This document shows, one piece after another, positions 1 to 7,572 of a stretch of DNA of 31,535 nucleotides. The translations under genes were made by a program, and so were the position numbers. How positions within the stretch are numbered: position 1 is the first letter of the stretch; every line of letters starts with the position of its first letter. This DNA comes from a virus, in IMG/VR virus record IMGVR_UViG_3300009152_000019. The stretch is one strand, 5' to 3'. The notes under the pieces were generated by a model. It had not been told where the DNA came from. It did not search any database and saw only the letters and a program-made list of their open reading frames with translations.

Positions 1-123
1 CTTGGTATCAGAAAATTTCTTTACAATTTCTGTAAACTTATCGAAGTCTAAATCATACACTTCATCTTCATCTGCTCCTAAGTCAACAAATATTTTTGCC
101 CACTTTTCAAACTGGTCAAGTTC
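1..123. repeat. Terminal direct repeat, copy 1 (identical to 31413..31535). Either a circular-assembly overlap or a terminal redundancy.
   Basis: I compared the strings directly. The first 123 nt (cttggtatcagaaaatttc...caaactggtcaagttc) recur exactly as the last 123 nt of the window. Confidence 0.95.
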
Positions 124-216
124 TTTATTGTTAATAGTTGTACTAAGTTTCTCAAACTGTTCAATAGTCAGTTCAGTAACTTCATTGTTAATCTTTTTAG
201 TTCCGATTTTTATCAT
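1..216 (-). CDS. 5' part (72 codons, ATG at 216..214) of a junction-spanning acidic protein. It continues in circular coordinates into 31412..31071, about 185 aa in total. Function is unknown; it is a paralogue of the 30362..31096 product.
   Basis: The reverse-strand translation from 216 reads MIKIGTKKINNEVTELTIEQFEKLSTTINNKELDQFEKWAKIFVDLGADEDEVYDLDFDKF... It is in frame with the listed ORF 31071..31472 through the 123-bp overlap. A TATATTTG promoter box lies 13 nt upstream. Confidence 0.7.
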   Translation of the reverse strand, partial: MIKIGTKKINNEVTELTIEQFEKLSTTINNKELDQFEKWAKIFVDLGADEDEVYDLDFDKFTEIVKKFSDTK

Positions 217-229
217 AACGTTTTTTTTA

Positions 230-237
230 CAAATATA
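230..237 (-). promoter_or_regulatory. Bacteroidota-type -7 promoter box (TATATTTG followed by TAAAAAAAA) driving the two minus-strand genes.
   Basis: The reverse complement of 218..240 is ttgTATATTTGTAAAAAAAAcgt. This is the same TATATTTGTAAA core as the boxes at 10212 and 12305. It matches the known TAnnTTTG consensus of Bacteroidetes sigma-A promoters. Confidence 0.55.
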
Positions 238-247
238 CAAAAAATAT

Positions 248-277
248 AACAAAAAAAAGTATATGCCATTATAATGT
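248..277 (+). promoter_or_regulatory. Late-gene motif copy 1: AAC-N15-CCATTATAATGT, immediately followed by the ATG at 278.
   Basis: This is one of four copies of CCATTATA placed exactly 12 nt (C to ATG) upstream of a late-gene start. Each copy has an AAC 15-16 nt further upstream. Confidence 0.5.
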
Positions 278-1225
278 ATGGCGAATGATATTCCAATTTT
301 TAAAGTTACGATTGACGAAGAATATTCTGACGGTGAAGTACTAGGAATTGAACAAGTCGCTTTCACTTCTAAACCTGCTATCTTAGTCAAAGGTATGGCT
401 TTTAATAGTCACACTAAAGTAATGCAGTTTGCAGATGAGCCAAAGATGAGAATTGTAGCACCTGCGATGATTCCAATGGATATTTATAGAAACGATGAAG
501 AAGGAGAATATTACGTTCAATTTTCTGAACAAGAGATTGAAACTATCTACTCCGATTTTATGCAGAATCTAAACAACAAAAACTTATTCAACTTAGAACA
601 CGATGCAGGGCAAACAGTACCAGCATACATTCTTGAAAGTTGGATAGTTGAGAATCCGAAATCCGATAAAGCATTTAGTTCATACGGTATTGAAGTGCCT
701 AAAGGAACTTTAATGTTGACTGCTCAAATTACTGACAAAGAGTATTACAATAAGCTAGTTGAAAGTGAGCAGTTAGGATTCTCAATCGAAGGATTCTTAG
801 GATTGAAATTAAACAGTAATCAAATAATAAATAATAGTATGAATTTACCTGACGGAGAACATCTGATTGAAGGCAAAATCTACGTTGTAACAGACGGAGA
901 AATTGTTGAAGTGAAAGATGCACCTGCAACTGAAGTAGAAGCTGAAGAAGTAGTTGAAGAAGAGGTAGTAATGGCTGAAGAAGTAGTAGAAGAAGAGGTA
1001 GTTGTTGAAGAGGCAGAAATGTCTGTTGATCCAACGGCTGATGCTGAAGCTATCCTAGCAATCGTTATGCCTACAATCGATGAAAAATACAACGAACTAA
1101 TTCAACTTATTGCAGAAGTAAAAGCAATGATTCCAACACTTGAAGAAGAAGTTACGGATGTTACCGAGCAAAAATTAACTGCTCACGAAAAATTAATGAA
1201 GTTTAACCAATTTAACAAAGACTAA
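278..1225 (+). CDS. Prohead protease (XkdF-like) fused to an acidic linker and a scaffolding-like C-terminal domain.
   Basis: The N-terminal ~170 aa (VAFTSKPAI...MRIVAPAMIPMDIYRNDEEGEYYVQFSEQEIETIYSDFMQ...FNLEHD) resembles the XkdF putative phage serine protease family. An E/V-rich acidic repeat and a helical C-terminus follow. The gene sits directly upstream of the capsid gene. Confidence 0.65.
   Translation: MANDIPIFKVTIDEEYSDGEVLGIEQVAFTSKPAILVKGMAFNSHTKVMQFADEPKMRIVAPAMIPMDIYRNDEEGEYYVQFSEQEIETIYSDFMQNLNNKNLFNLEHDAGQTVPAYILESWIVENPKSDKAFSSYGIEVPKGTLMLTAQITDKEYYNKLVESEQLGFSIEGFLGLKLNSNQIINNSMNLPDGEHLIEGKIYVVTDGEIVEVKDAPATEVEAEEVVEEEVVMAEEVVEEEVVVEEAEMSVDPTADAEAILAIVMPTIDEKYNELIQLIAEVKAMIPTLEEEVTDVTEQKLTAHEKLMKFNQFNKD
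941..1006 (+). repeat. Tandem 33-bp duplication (2 copies) encoding AEEVVEEEVVM / AEEVVEEEVVV in the protease-scaffold linker.
   Basis: gctgaagaagtagttgaagaagaggtagtaatg (941..973) compares with gctgaagaagtagtagaagaagaggtagttgtt (974..1006). The copies differ at about 3 positions. Confidence 0.9.
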
Positions 1226-1227
1226 AA

Positions 1228-2145
1228 ATGTCAAGAAACTTAAAATTCAATTTAGATATTGAAACAAACGCACTTTTATGTGCTAACCCTAACGAGTTTT
1301 ATTCTCGTGCTTATATTACAGAAGATATTGTAGACAACTACAGAACTTTGCCTGGTATTAAATCAGCTACTAAATTAGCTAATATCGCTTTTGGCTCAAT
1401 CCTACAATCAAGTACTTGTGCATTCTCTGCACCTAATGATACATTAGATGCAATCGATATTGACGTATGTGCTTTATCCGCTATGGCTCAAATCTGTCAG
1501 TTTGACTTAGAGCAATCATTCCTTTCTTTACAAATGGCTGCAGGTTCTAACGGAAGTTTTGAAGTTGCTTCATTTATGTCTTACTACTGGGAGACAATGT
1601 CAATGCAAATTGGTGAAGATATTGAGTTATTAAGATGGAATGGTGATACAGAATCTGAAGATACATTACTTGCTTTGTGCGATGGATATCTTAAGAGATT
1701 GTTAGCTGATGCTGCAGTAGTTGATGTTGCAAATGTTGCTATTACATCAGGTAACGTTATTGCACAATTAACTTTGATTTTAAATGCTGCTCCTGCTACT
1801 ATCAAACGTAAGAAAGCGGATTTACGATTTTATGTTTCTTCTAACATTGCTACTGCTTATGAATTAGCTGCTGCACAAGGTAACACACAGACATTCGTTA
1901 CTATTCCTTTAGCTTTGACTTTCTTAGGAATTAAGATGGTAGTTGCTGAAGGTCTTCCTAACAATACTGCAGTTCTTACTTTGAAGAACAATTTGATTTA
2001 TGCATTCGATTCTGAAGCTGATGCTAAAGCATTGAGAGCAGTTAACTTGAATGATACAGTTGCTGAGCCGTATTTGAGAACTCGTGCTAACTTGAAGGTA
2101 GGATTTTGGTATACTAATCCTACTGAAATTGTTCTTTATTCTTAA
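1228..2145 (+). CDS. Major capsid protein (HK97-fold type, inferred).
   Basis: The 305-aa ORF lies immediately after the protease/scaffold gene and is followed by a strong intrinsic terminator. Its size and composition are typical of HK97-like capsid proteins. The call rests on position and general resemblance only. Confidence 0.7.
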   Translation: MSRNLKFNLDIETNALLCANPNEFYSRAYITEDIVDNYRTLPGIKSATKLANIAFGSILQSSTCAFSAPNDTLDAIDIDVCALSAMAQICQFDLEQSFLSLQMAAGSNGSFEVASFMSYYWETMSMQIGEDIELLRWNGDTESEDTLLALCDGYLKRLLADAAVVDVANVAITSGNVIAQLTLILNAAPATIKRKKADLRFYVSSNIATAYELAAAQGNTQTFVTIPLALTFLGIKMVVAEGLPNNTAVLTLKNNLIYAFDSEADAKALRAVNLNDTVAEPYLRTRANLKVGFWYTNPTEIVLYS

Positions 2146-2167
2146 GAACTAGTTTTATTAATTAACT

Positions 2168-2200
2168 AAAAAGGGTGGGTGGATTCGCCTACCCTTTTTT
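2168..2200 (+). terminator. Intrinsic terminator after the capsid gene.
   Basis: aagggtgggtg-gatt-cgcctaccctt forms an 11-bp stem that includes 2 G-U pairs. A T6 tract follows. Confidence 0.8.
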
Positions 2201-2214
2201 AATACATAAAAAAA

Positions 2215-2724
2215 ATGGCTTGTAATACAATAACGACAATAACTAAAGGATGCGACAATAATATCGGTGGTATCCAAACAGTATTCATAAACGACCAATC
2301 AGAAGTAACTGCAGTAACTGTAGACGATGCTAACTGGGAAGTAACTGCTATAACTAATGGACACCCTTTCATTCCTTTTGAGTTTAAACGTAACACAGGA
2401 ATGTACACGGAAGACCAAGCGAATGATTTAATCAATGGCTCTTCATTCGTAACTGCAACTATTACACTAATGTTTCACAGACGTGAAGCAGCAAAATCTC
2501 GTTCAATCAAAATCTTAGGAGAAGGACAAAGAGACTTAGCAGTAATCGTTTTAGATGCTAACGGTAAGTATTGGTATTTTCCAACTGCACAAGTTACTGC
2601 AGTAGCTGAAGGAAGTGGAACTGCAAAAGCTGACGGTAGTAAATATTCTATCACGATGGTTGCTGAAAACGAAAACTTAGCATACGAAGTTGATCCTACT
2701 ATCATTGCAGGTTTACTAGTTTAA
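2215..2724 (+). CDS. Putative major tail (tube) protein. It could instead be another abundant virion protein.
   Basis: The 169-aa ORF is bracketed by two strong terminators, giving a monocistronic, high-expression arrangement. It has a beta-rich sequence with GGIQTVFI...VIVLDANGKYWYFP...GSGTAKADGSKYSITM, a pattern reminiscent of siphovirus tube proteins. Confidence 0.45.
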   Translation: MACNTITTITKGCDNNIGGIQTVFINDQSEVTAVTVDDANWEVTAITNGHPFIPFEFKRNTGMYTEDQANDLINGSSFVTATITLMFHRREAAKSRSIKILGEGQRDLAVIVLDANGKYWYFPTAQVTAVAEGSGTAKADGSKYSITMVAENENLAYEVDPTIIAGLLV

Positions 2725-2744
2725 AAGTAAACTTTGCTATCCCT

Positions 2745-2772
2745 ACCCTCACTTTATTAGTGGGGGTTTTTT
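2745..2772 (+). terminator. Intrinsic terminator.
   Basis: accctcac-tttatta-gtgggggt forms an 8-bp stem and is followed by a T-run. Confidence 0.75.
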
Positions 2773-2779
2773 GTTTTAT

Positions 2780-2810
2780 AACAAATCGTAATTAATAACC
2801 ATTATAATAT
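2780..2810 (+). promoter_or_regulatory. Late-gene motif copy 2: AAC-N16-CCATTATAATAT, then the ATG at 2811.
   Basis: Architecture and spacing are the same as at 248..277, 20116..20146 and 24962..24992. Confidence 0.5.
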
Positions 2811-3167
2811 ATGATATACTTTGAAAAAGATTCTGTAAACACTTTTGTACTCACTTTAACTGAGACCTCGACTATTACGAATCCTTACTATCTTTTTCTT
2901 TTCCAAAATGAATTTAACAAAGATTTACAAGGCTTTCAATGGATGGGTACAGATACATCAGCTTACATAGAAAGATATAATTTATTCCAATTAGAAGAAG
3001 GTGTAGATGCCACTTTTGTAATTGGGCAATATACATATACTGTTTATGAATCTGCAAATCCTATTGTCATTGTAGACCAAGCTATAGATTACTATACTGG
3101 TTTAAATGTAGTAGAAGAAGGCAGAATGGTAGTTGCAGGAGTAGTAACAAACACAATTTACGATTAA
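2811..3167 (+). CDS. Hypothetical protein in the head module.
   Basis: The 118-aa ORF follows a late motif. Its stop overlaps the start of the next gene (TAATG). Confidence 0.6.
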   Translation: MIYFEKDSVNTFVLTLTETSTITNPYYLFLFQNEFNKDLQGFQWMGTDTSAYIERYNLFQLEEGVDATFVIGQYTYTVYESANPIVIVDQAIDYYTGLNVVEEGRMVVAGVVTNTIYD

Positions 3168-4462
3168 TGAAAATTTTAGGTTTTGAATTCGGAGCAAACA
3201 AATCCGTAGAAGTAGAAGAAGTAGGAGGATATCAAGCGTTTTCTACACCATTCTTAAAAGTAGGTAGAGGAGACTTATCTCTACCTTATGTTAATGCTAG
3301 GTTAAACGTTGGTAACTACGTTAGATTTGGAAACGACAATCTTTATCCTCAGCTATTAAATCAAATGTACTATACTTCGCCGTTGCATGGTGCAGTAGTG
3401 GACTTTAAAACGAATGCTACGGTTGGAGGTGGATATGAATTGCAATATCTTCAAACTACTTCACCAATGGAGAAAGTAGACATCTATGCTTTTGAAAAGC
3501 GAATGAATCTAAAAAAGATACTTCCTGCAGTTACTAAAGAAAAAATCATTCACGGAAGAGTATACTTTCACTTGCGATTTAATCAAACTGGAACACTTAT
3601 TTTCTGTAAGCATATAGCGGCAGACAAGGTAAGAAAGAATGCAATAGGTGATTTATACTACATTTGTGATGATTGGAGTACACAGATAAATATTCAGACC
3701 ATTTGTCCTTATAAATTCAACACTAAAGAACGTGAATTCCTATACTGTTACGAAGACTATTCAGTAGGTCAAGACGTTTACACACTTCCACAGTATTCTT
3801 CTTGTATGAATTGGGCGTTTTTAGATGGCGAAATGTCATACTTGCAAAAGTCTAACATACAAAATTCTATTTTTCCATCGTTTGCTATGATGTTTCCAAA
3901 GAAGCCACAGAACGAAGAAGAAAAGCAGAATATAAAAACTACTATTGATAGAGCAAAAGGTGCTACAAATGCAGGAAAAGCTATTGCATTCTTTGCTAAC
4001 AACAAGGAATCTTTACCAACGATTGAAGCAATACCTACAAATTCAAATGATGGCTTGTTTCAGGTTACTACTGAAAGCATAGATTCAAAGATTTGTCAGG
4101 CACATATTATAGATCCTATCTTAATGGGTATTCGTGTAAGTGGTAAGTTAGGAAGTGGGAGCGACATTAAACAGTCTTATGTAATATTTGAAAAGAATAG
4201 TATTATTCCTTTGCGTAATTCAGTCGAAGAAATCTTTAACGAGATTTTAGAAATTTGCAAAATCAAAGCAAAAGTAGTAATCAATAACTTTCAGATTGTT
4301 AATGAAACGATTGTTGAAATGGATGAGCGAACTAGTGAAATCTCTAATATTATTGCAACAGTAAATCCTGCTTTAGCTACTAAATTAATTGATTCAATGA
4401 CTCAAAACGAGTTGAGAGAATTACTAGGATTAAAACCAATTGAAACACCTCCTGCACTATGA
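3167..4462 (+). CDS. Putative portal protein.
   Basis: At 431 aa it is the only portal-sized ORF in the head module. The N-terminal region FGNDNLYPQLLNQMYYTSPLHGAVVDFKTNATVGGGYEL and the helical C-terminus are portal-like by eye. Confidence 0.55.
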   Translation: MKILGFEFGANKSVEVEEVGGYQAFSTPFLKVGRGDLSLPYVNARLNVGNYVRFGNDNLYPQLLNQMYYTSPLHGAVVDFKTNATVGGGYELQYLQTTSPMEKVDIYAFEKRMNLKKILPAVTKEKIIHGRVYFHLRFNQTGTLIFCKHIAADKVRKNAIGDLYYICDDWSTQINIQTICPYKFNTKEREFLYCYEDYSVGQDVYTLPQYSSCMNWAFLDGEMSYLQKSNIQNSIFPSFAMMFPKKPQNEEEKQNIKTTIDRAKGATNAGKAIAFFANNKESLPTIEAIPTNSNDGLFQVTTESIDSKICQAHIIDPILMGIRVSGKLGSGSDIKQSYVIFEKNSIIPLRNSVEEIFNEILEICKIKAKVVINNFQIVNETIVEMDERTSEISNIIATVNPALATKLIDSMTQNELRELLGLKPIETPPAL

Positions 4463-4968
4463 TTTATTTTGTAACAGAAAACTATTTAAAAACGCAAACA
4501 CCAATAACTGCGAATATTGACATTAACAATATTGTGCCTTTTATTAAAACTCAAAGTGACATGAGAATAATGCCGATTTTAGGTACTTATTTTTATAACT
4601 ACATATTGACTGCATATAATGACCAAACGTTAACAGTTGACGAAGAAGAACTAGTGACATATATTCAACCTGCTATAGCTTGGCGAAGTGCAGAAGATGC
4701 TGCTTTCGGTTTATCTTACCAACTTAAAAATAAAGGAATCCAAACGCAAAACGGTGACTACTCAAATAACGTGAATCAAAGCGAAGTTAACTTTGTTCAA
4801 GACCACTATGCACAGAAAGCTAGTTTCTACGAATCACGTTTATGGAAGTATTTAGATACGAATAGAGACTTGTTTGCTAACTTCATTTCACAGTTAAATA
4901 GAGATTCAGACATCAGACCTGCAGTACAACAAACACAAGGATTTAACGATTCAATACTTTTTTTATAA
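4459..4968 (+). CDS. Putative head-tail connector/adaptor protein.
   Basis: The 169-aa ORF is coupled to the portal gene by an ATGA overlap. The call rests mainly on position. Confidence 0.4.
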   Translation: MIYFVTENYLKTQTPITANIDINNIVPFIKTQSDMRIMPILGTYFYNYILTAYNDQTLTVDEEELVTYIQPAIAWRSAEDAAFGLSYQLKNKGIQTQNGDYSNNVNQSEVNFVQDHYAQKASFYESRLWKYLDTNRDLFANFISQLNRDSDIRPAVQQTQGFNDSILFL

Positions 4969-4978
4969 ATAAACCACA

Positions 4979-5209
4979 ATGCTTGAAATTTTAGAAACCA
5001 TAAAAAAACACGGTGCTTTAGGAATGACCGTTATTGCTTTAATTTGGATGAACAGTAGATTATCATCTGTAGAAGAACGATTATTCCATTGCTTAAATGA
5101 TAGGCAAGAAATAAAACAAGCATCTACACATAGAAGTGAGATATTAATAAAAGAGAAATTAGTTGCTATACTTCCAAATGAAAGAAAAAATAAAAGAGTT
5201 ATTTCGTGA
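4979..5209 (+). CDS. Small membrane protein with one predicted TM segment; holin or antiholin candidate.
   Basis: It has a hydrophobic stretch GALGMTVIALIWM and is the first gene of the cluster that ends with the endolysin. Confidence 0.4.
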   Translation: MLEILETIKKHGALGMTVIALIWMNSRLSSVEERLFHCLNDRQEIKQASTHRSEILIKEKLVAILPNERKNKRVIS

Positions 5210-5399
5210 TACTTTAAAGAAAGACGGTAAATGGTCAAGAACTTCGCTTACAATGTTTACTTCTTTTTCTATATGTGTGCTTGTTGGCTTAATCGATTTC
5301 TTTGTGCATGGTTATAATTCAGAAGTATTCTTTGGGTTTCTTTCGGTTGCAGTAGGTAGTAAGATTTCGGATTCATTCAGTAAAAAACTAGAAAAATGA
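5178..5399 (+). CDS. Holin candidate with two predicted TM segments.
   Basis: I prefer the ATG at 5178 over the TTG at 5163. The TM segments are SLTMFTSFSICVLVGLIDFFV and VFFGFLSVAVGS, with a charged C-terminus. The gene lies two genes upstream of the endolysin (5847..6383), with the spanin-like gene 5396..5839 between them. Confidence 0.5.
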   Translation: MKEKIKELFRDTLKKDGKWSRTSLTMFTSFSICVLVGLIDFFVHGYNSEVFFGFLSVAVGSKISDSFSKKLEK

Positions 5400-5839
5400 A
5401 AATAAACTATACACAACTTTCGACTTTTATCTTTATGATTCTATTATCTATCTATTTATTCTTTTTGATTTCTTGTTCAGCGAAATTTCATCAAAGAAAA
5501 TTCATTGAAAAAGGTGGTAAGATTGTATGCGACACTACGGTGGTTACTGTAAACACTATTATCAAAGGTAAGGATGGCAAAGATTCAATTATTTACCGTG
5601 AAGTTTCTGTAAAATGTCCTGAGTTACAAGCGCCATTAACACGATATGAAATTAGATACCAATATAAAACGATTAGAGATACTTTAAAGCTAATTAAGTA
5701 CAATACAAAGTGGAGAACTAAAGAAGCCGTTAAAACGATTAAAAACGATAAAAGAAAAGGTTTTGCTTACAACTTTAGATTTCTTGGAATAATTGCATTT
5801 CTTATCTTATTAATTGTACTTTTGTTTAAATTTAAATAA
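5396..5839 (+). CDS. Unimolecular spanin-like protein with an N-terminal lipoprotein signal and a C-terminal TM anchor.
   Basis: A signal peptide ends in the lipobox L-I-S-C (FFLISCS). The C-terminus FRFLGIIAFLILLIVLLFKFK is a TM helix. The gene sits between the holin candidate and the endolysin. Confidence 0.55.
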   Translation: MKINYTQLSTFIFMILLSIYLFFLISCSAKFHQRKFIEKGGKIVCDTTVVTVNTIIKGKDGKDSIIYREVSVKCPELQAPLTRYEIRYQYKTIRDTLKLIKYNTKWRTKEAVKTIKNDKRKGFAYNFRFLGIIAFLILLIVLLFKFK

Positions 5840-5846
5840 AACAAAT

Positions 5847-6383
5847 ATGAAAACAATTAAAGATTATGTAGCTTTTACTAAGAAGTGGGAAGGTGGATGG
5901 GTTAACGACCCTCAAGATTCAGGTGGTGAAACAAATATCGGAATAACTTATAAAGTATGGTGTTCAGTTTTTGGTCACGACAATCACACAAGATTTATGA
6001 AGATGTCAAATGAAGATTGGTTTAAGGTCTTCAAAACTTTATACTGGGATTCAGTCAAAGGAGATGACTATAAATGCTTTTCAATTGCAGTTATTGTAAC
6101 AGGTATGGCTTGGGGAAGTGGTGCGTCAAGAGCAGGAATAACACTACAAACGGCATTGAATAAACTAGGCAAACAAGTTACTGTTGATGGCAAGGTTGGA
6201 ATGAAAACTATTGAAGCTGCGAACAGTTGTAATGACTTAGAATTATTTGATGAGTTGATGCGTTTAAGAATTGCTTTTTTCAAGTCAATCGGAGCAGTTG
6301 GAAAAACAAATAATAAGTTTTTAAAAGGTTGGTTAAATAGAGCCAATGATTATATTAAGTGCTTTAGACCTACTAATCAGTAG
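5847..6383 (+). CDS. Endolysin: a glycoside hydrolase family 108 lysozyme-like domain plus a PG_binding_3-like C-terminal domain.
   Basis: It contains TKKWEGGWVNDPQDSGGETNIGIT, which matches the GH108 signature EGGxVNDPxDxGGxTNxGIT. The C-terminal DGKVGMKTIEAAN motif is also present. I chose the ATG at 5847 rather than the TTG at 5814. Confidence 0.85.
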   Translation: MKTIKDYVAFTKKWEGGWVNDPQDSGGETNIGITYKVWCSVFGHDNHTRFMKMSNEDWFKVFKTLYWDSVKGDDYKCFSIAVIVTGMAWGSGASRAGITLQTALNKLGKQVTVDGKVGMKTIEAANSCNDLELFDELMRLRIAFFKSIGAVGKTNNKFLKGWLNRANDYIKCFRPTNQ

Positions 6384-6391
6384 GTTTTTTT
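6369..6391 (+). terminator. Intrinsic terminator overlapping the endolysin stop codon.
   Basis: cctact-aatc-agtagg forms a 6-bp stem and is followed by T7. Confidence 0.7.
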
Positions 6392-6455
6392 ATTTCAAAA
6401 TGTCAAGTTTATTGCTTAAAAAACTAGACAAAATATTCACCTAAAACAGATAAAA

Positions 6456-7490
6456 ATGTCGAATAATAGAATACGATTGAAACCAGATGAACTAGAAATA
6501 ATTAAACAATATAGAGGAATAAAGAATGCTACTGATTCAGCTGATGTAAATGACGAAGACGTTAAACACGGTTGGTTAAAAACAGATAAAGCAAGTTTGT
6601 TCTTTAAAAATCCAAACTTTAAAACAGAAGTTGAACAAGGATTTTCTATAATACAACAGGCAACGATTGAAGCTACAAAAAAGCATTCACCAAAGTACAA
6701 GAAGATAGAACGCGTTGAGGATAAAGATTCTAATCTATTAGTAATTGATATTGCCGATTTGCATATCGGTAAATTATCTAGTGCATTTGAAACTGGAGAA
6801 ACTTATAATTGCCAAATCGCAGTACAAAGAGCAAAGGAAGGATTGATTGGTATTATTCAAAAGAGCAAAGGTTATACAATAGATAAAATTCTTTTTGTTG
6901 CAGGAAACGATATTCTTCACACAGATAATACTAAAAGTTCTACAACTGCAGGAACACCACAAGATACCGATGGAATGTGGTATGATAATTTTTTAACTGC
7001 AAAACAGTTGTACATTGATCTATTAGAAATGTTAGTACATATTGCAGATGTTGAAGTAGTGTACAATCCATCTAATCACGATTACACACACGGATTCTTT
7101 TTGCTACAACTTATTGAAGCACATTTTCATAAAGCTGAAAACATCGTTTTTAACGTTGATTTAAAACATCGCAAAGCATTTCAGTACTATGATAACTTCA
7201 TAGGCACTACACACGGAGACGGTGCCAAATTAGAAGCATTACCATTGCTATATGCTACAGAACATTCTATACTTTGGGCTAACACTAAACACAGATACGT
7301 TTACACACATCACATTCATCACAAAAGTGGTAAAGACTTTCCGGGTATAACGATTGAAAGTTTACGTTCACCTTCAGGTACAGATTCTTGGCATCACAGA
7401 AACGGTTTTTGTGGTGGTGTAAAAGCAATAGAAGGATATATACATTCAAAATATAATGGGCAAGTTGCTAGGTTAACACATATTTTTTAA
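6456..7490 (+). CDS. Calcineurin-like metallophosphoesterase.
   Basis: The ordered motifs are DIADLHIGK (DxH), VAGNDILH (GD/GND), NPSNHDY (GNH[D/E]-like), TTHGDG (H) and YTHHIHH (GHxH-like). Confidence 0.7.
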   Translation: MSNNRIRLKPDELEIIKQYRGIKNATDSADVNDEDVKHGWLKTDKASLFFKNPNFKTEVEQGFSIIQQATIEATKKHSPKYKKIERVEDKDSNLLVIDIADLHIGKLSSAFETGETYNCQIAVQRAKEGLIGIIQKSKGYTIDKILFVAGNDILHTDNTKSSTTAGTPQDTDGMWYDNFLTAKQLYIDLLEMLVHIADVEVVYNPSNHDYTHGFFLLQLIEAHFHKAENIVFNVDLKHRKAFQYYDNFIGTTHGDGAKLEALPLLYATEHSILWANTKHRYVYTHHIHHKSGKDFPGITIESLRSPSGTDSWHHRNGFCGGVKAIEGYIHSKYNGQVARLTHIF

Positions 7491-7539
7491 TATATTTGCA
7501 GAGTTAAAATTTTTGTTTTGTTTAGGTTTGGATTGAATG

Positions 7540-7566
7540 AGGAGGTGTAATAGCCTCCTTTTTTTT
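7540..7566 (+). terminator. Intrinsic terminator ending the rightward late/lysis transcription unit.
   Basis: The structure is a-ggagg-tgtaatag-cctcc-t, followed by a T8 tract. Confidence 0.8.
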
Positions 7567-7572
7567 GTGCCT

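Noticed and set aside
2-274. Listed + strand ORF of 90 aa at the left end.
   Set aside because: It is antisense to the well-supported minus-strand gene whose ATG is at 216 and which continues across the circular junction. Its product is a low-complexity Ser/Leu/Phe-rich sequence, and it has no promoter or coupling context.
729-1092. Two minus-strand ORFs (729..1034 and 880..1092) with repetitive Leu/Gln or Ser/Thr sequences.
   Set aside because: They are the antisense reading of the GAA/GTA-rich acidic repeat in the protease-scaffold gene. This is a typical shadow-ORF artefact.
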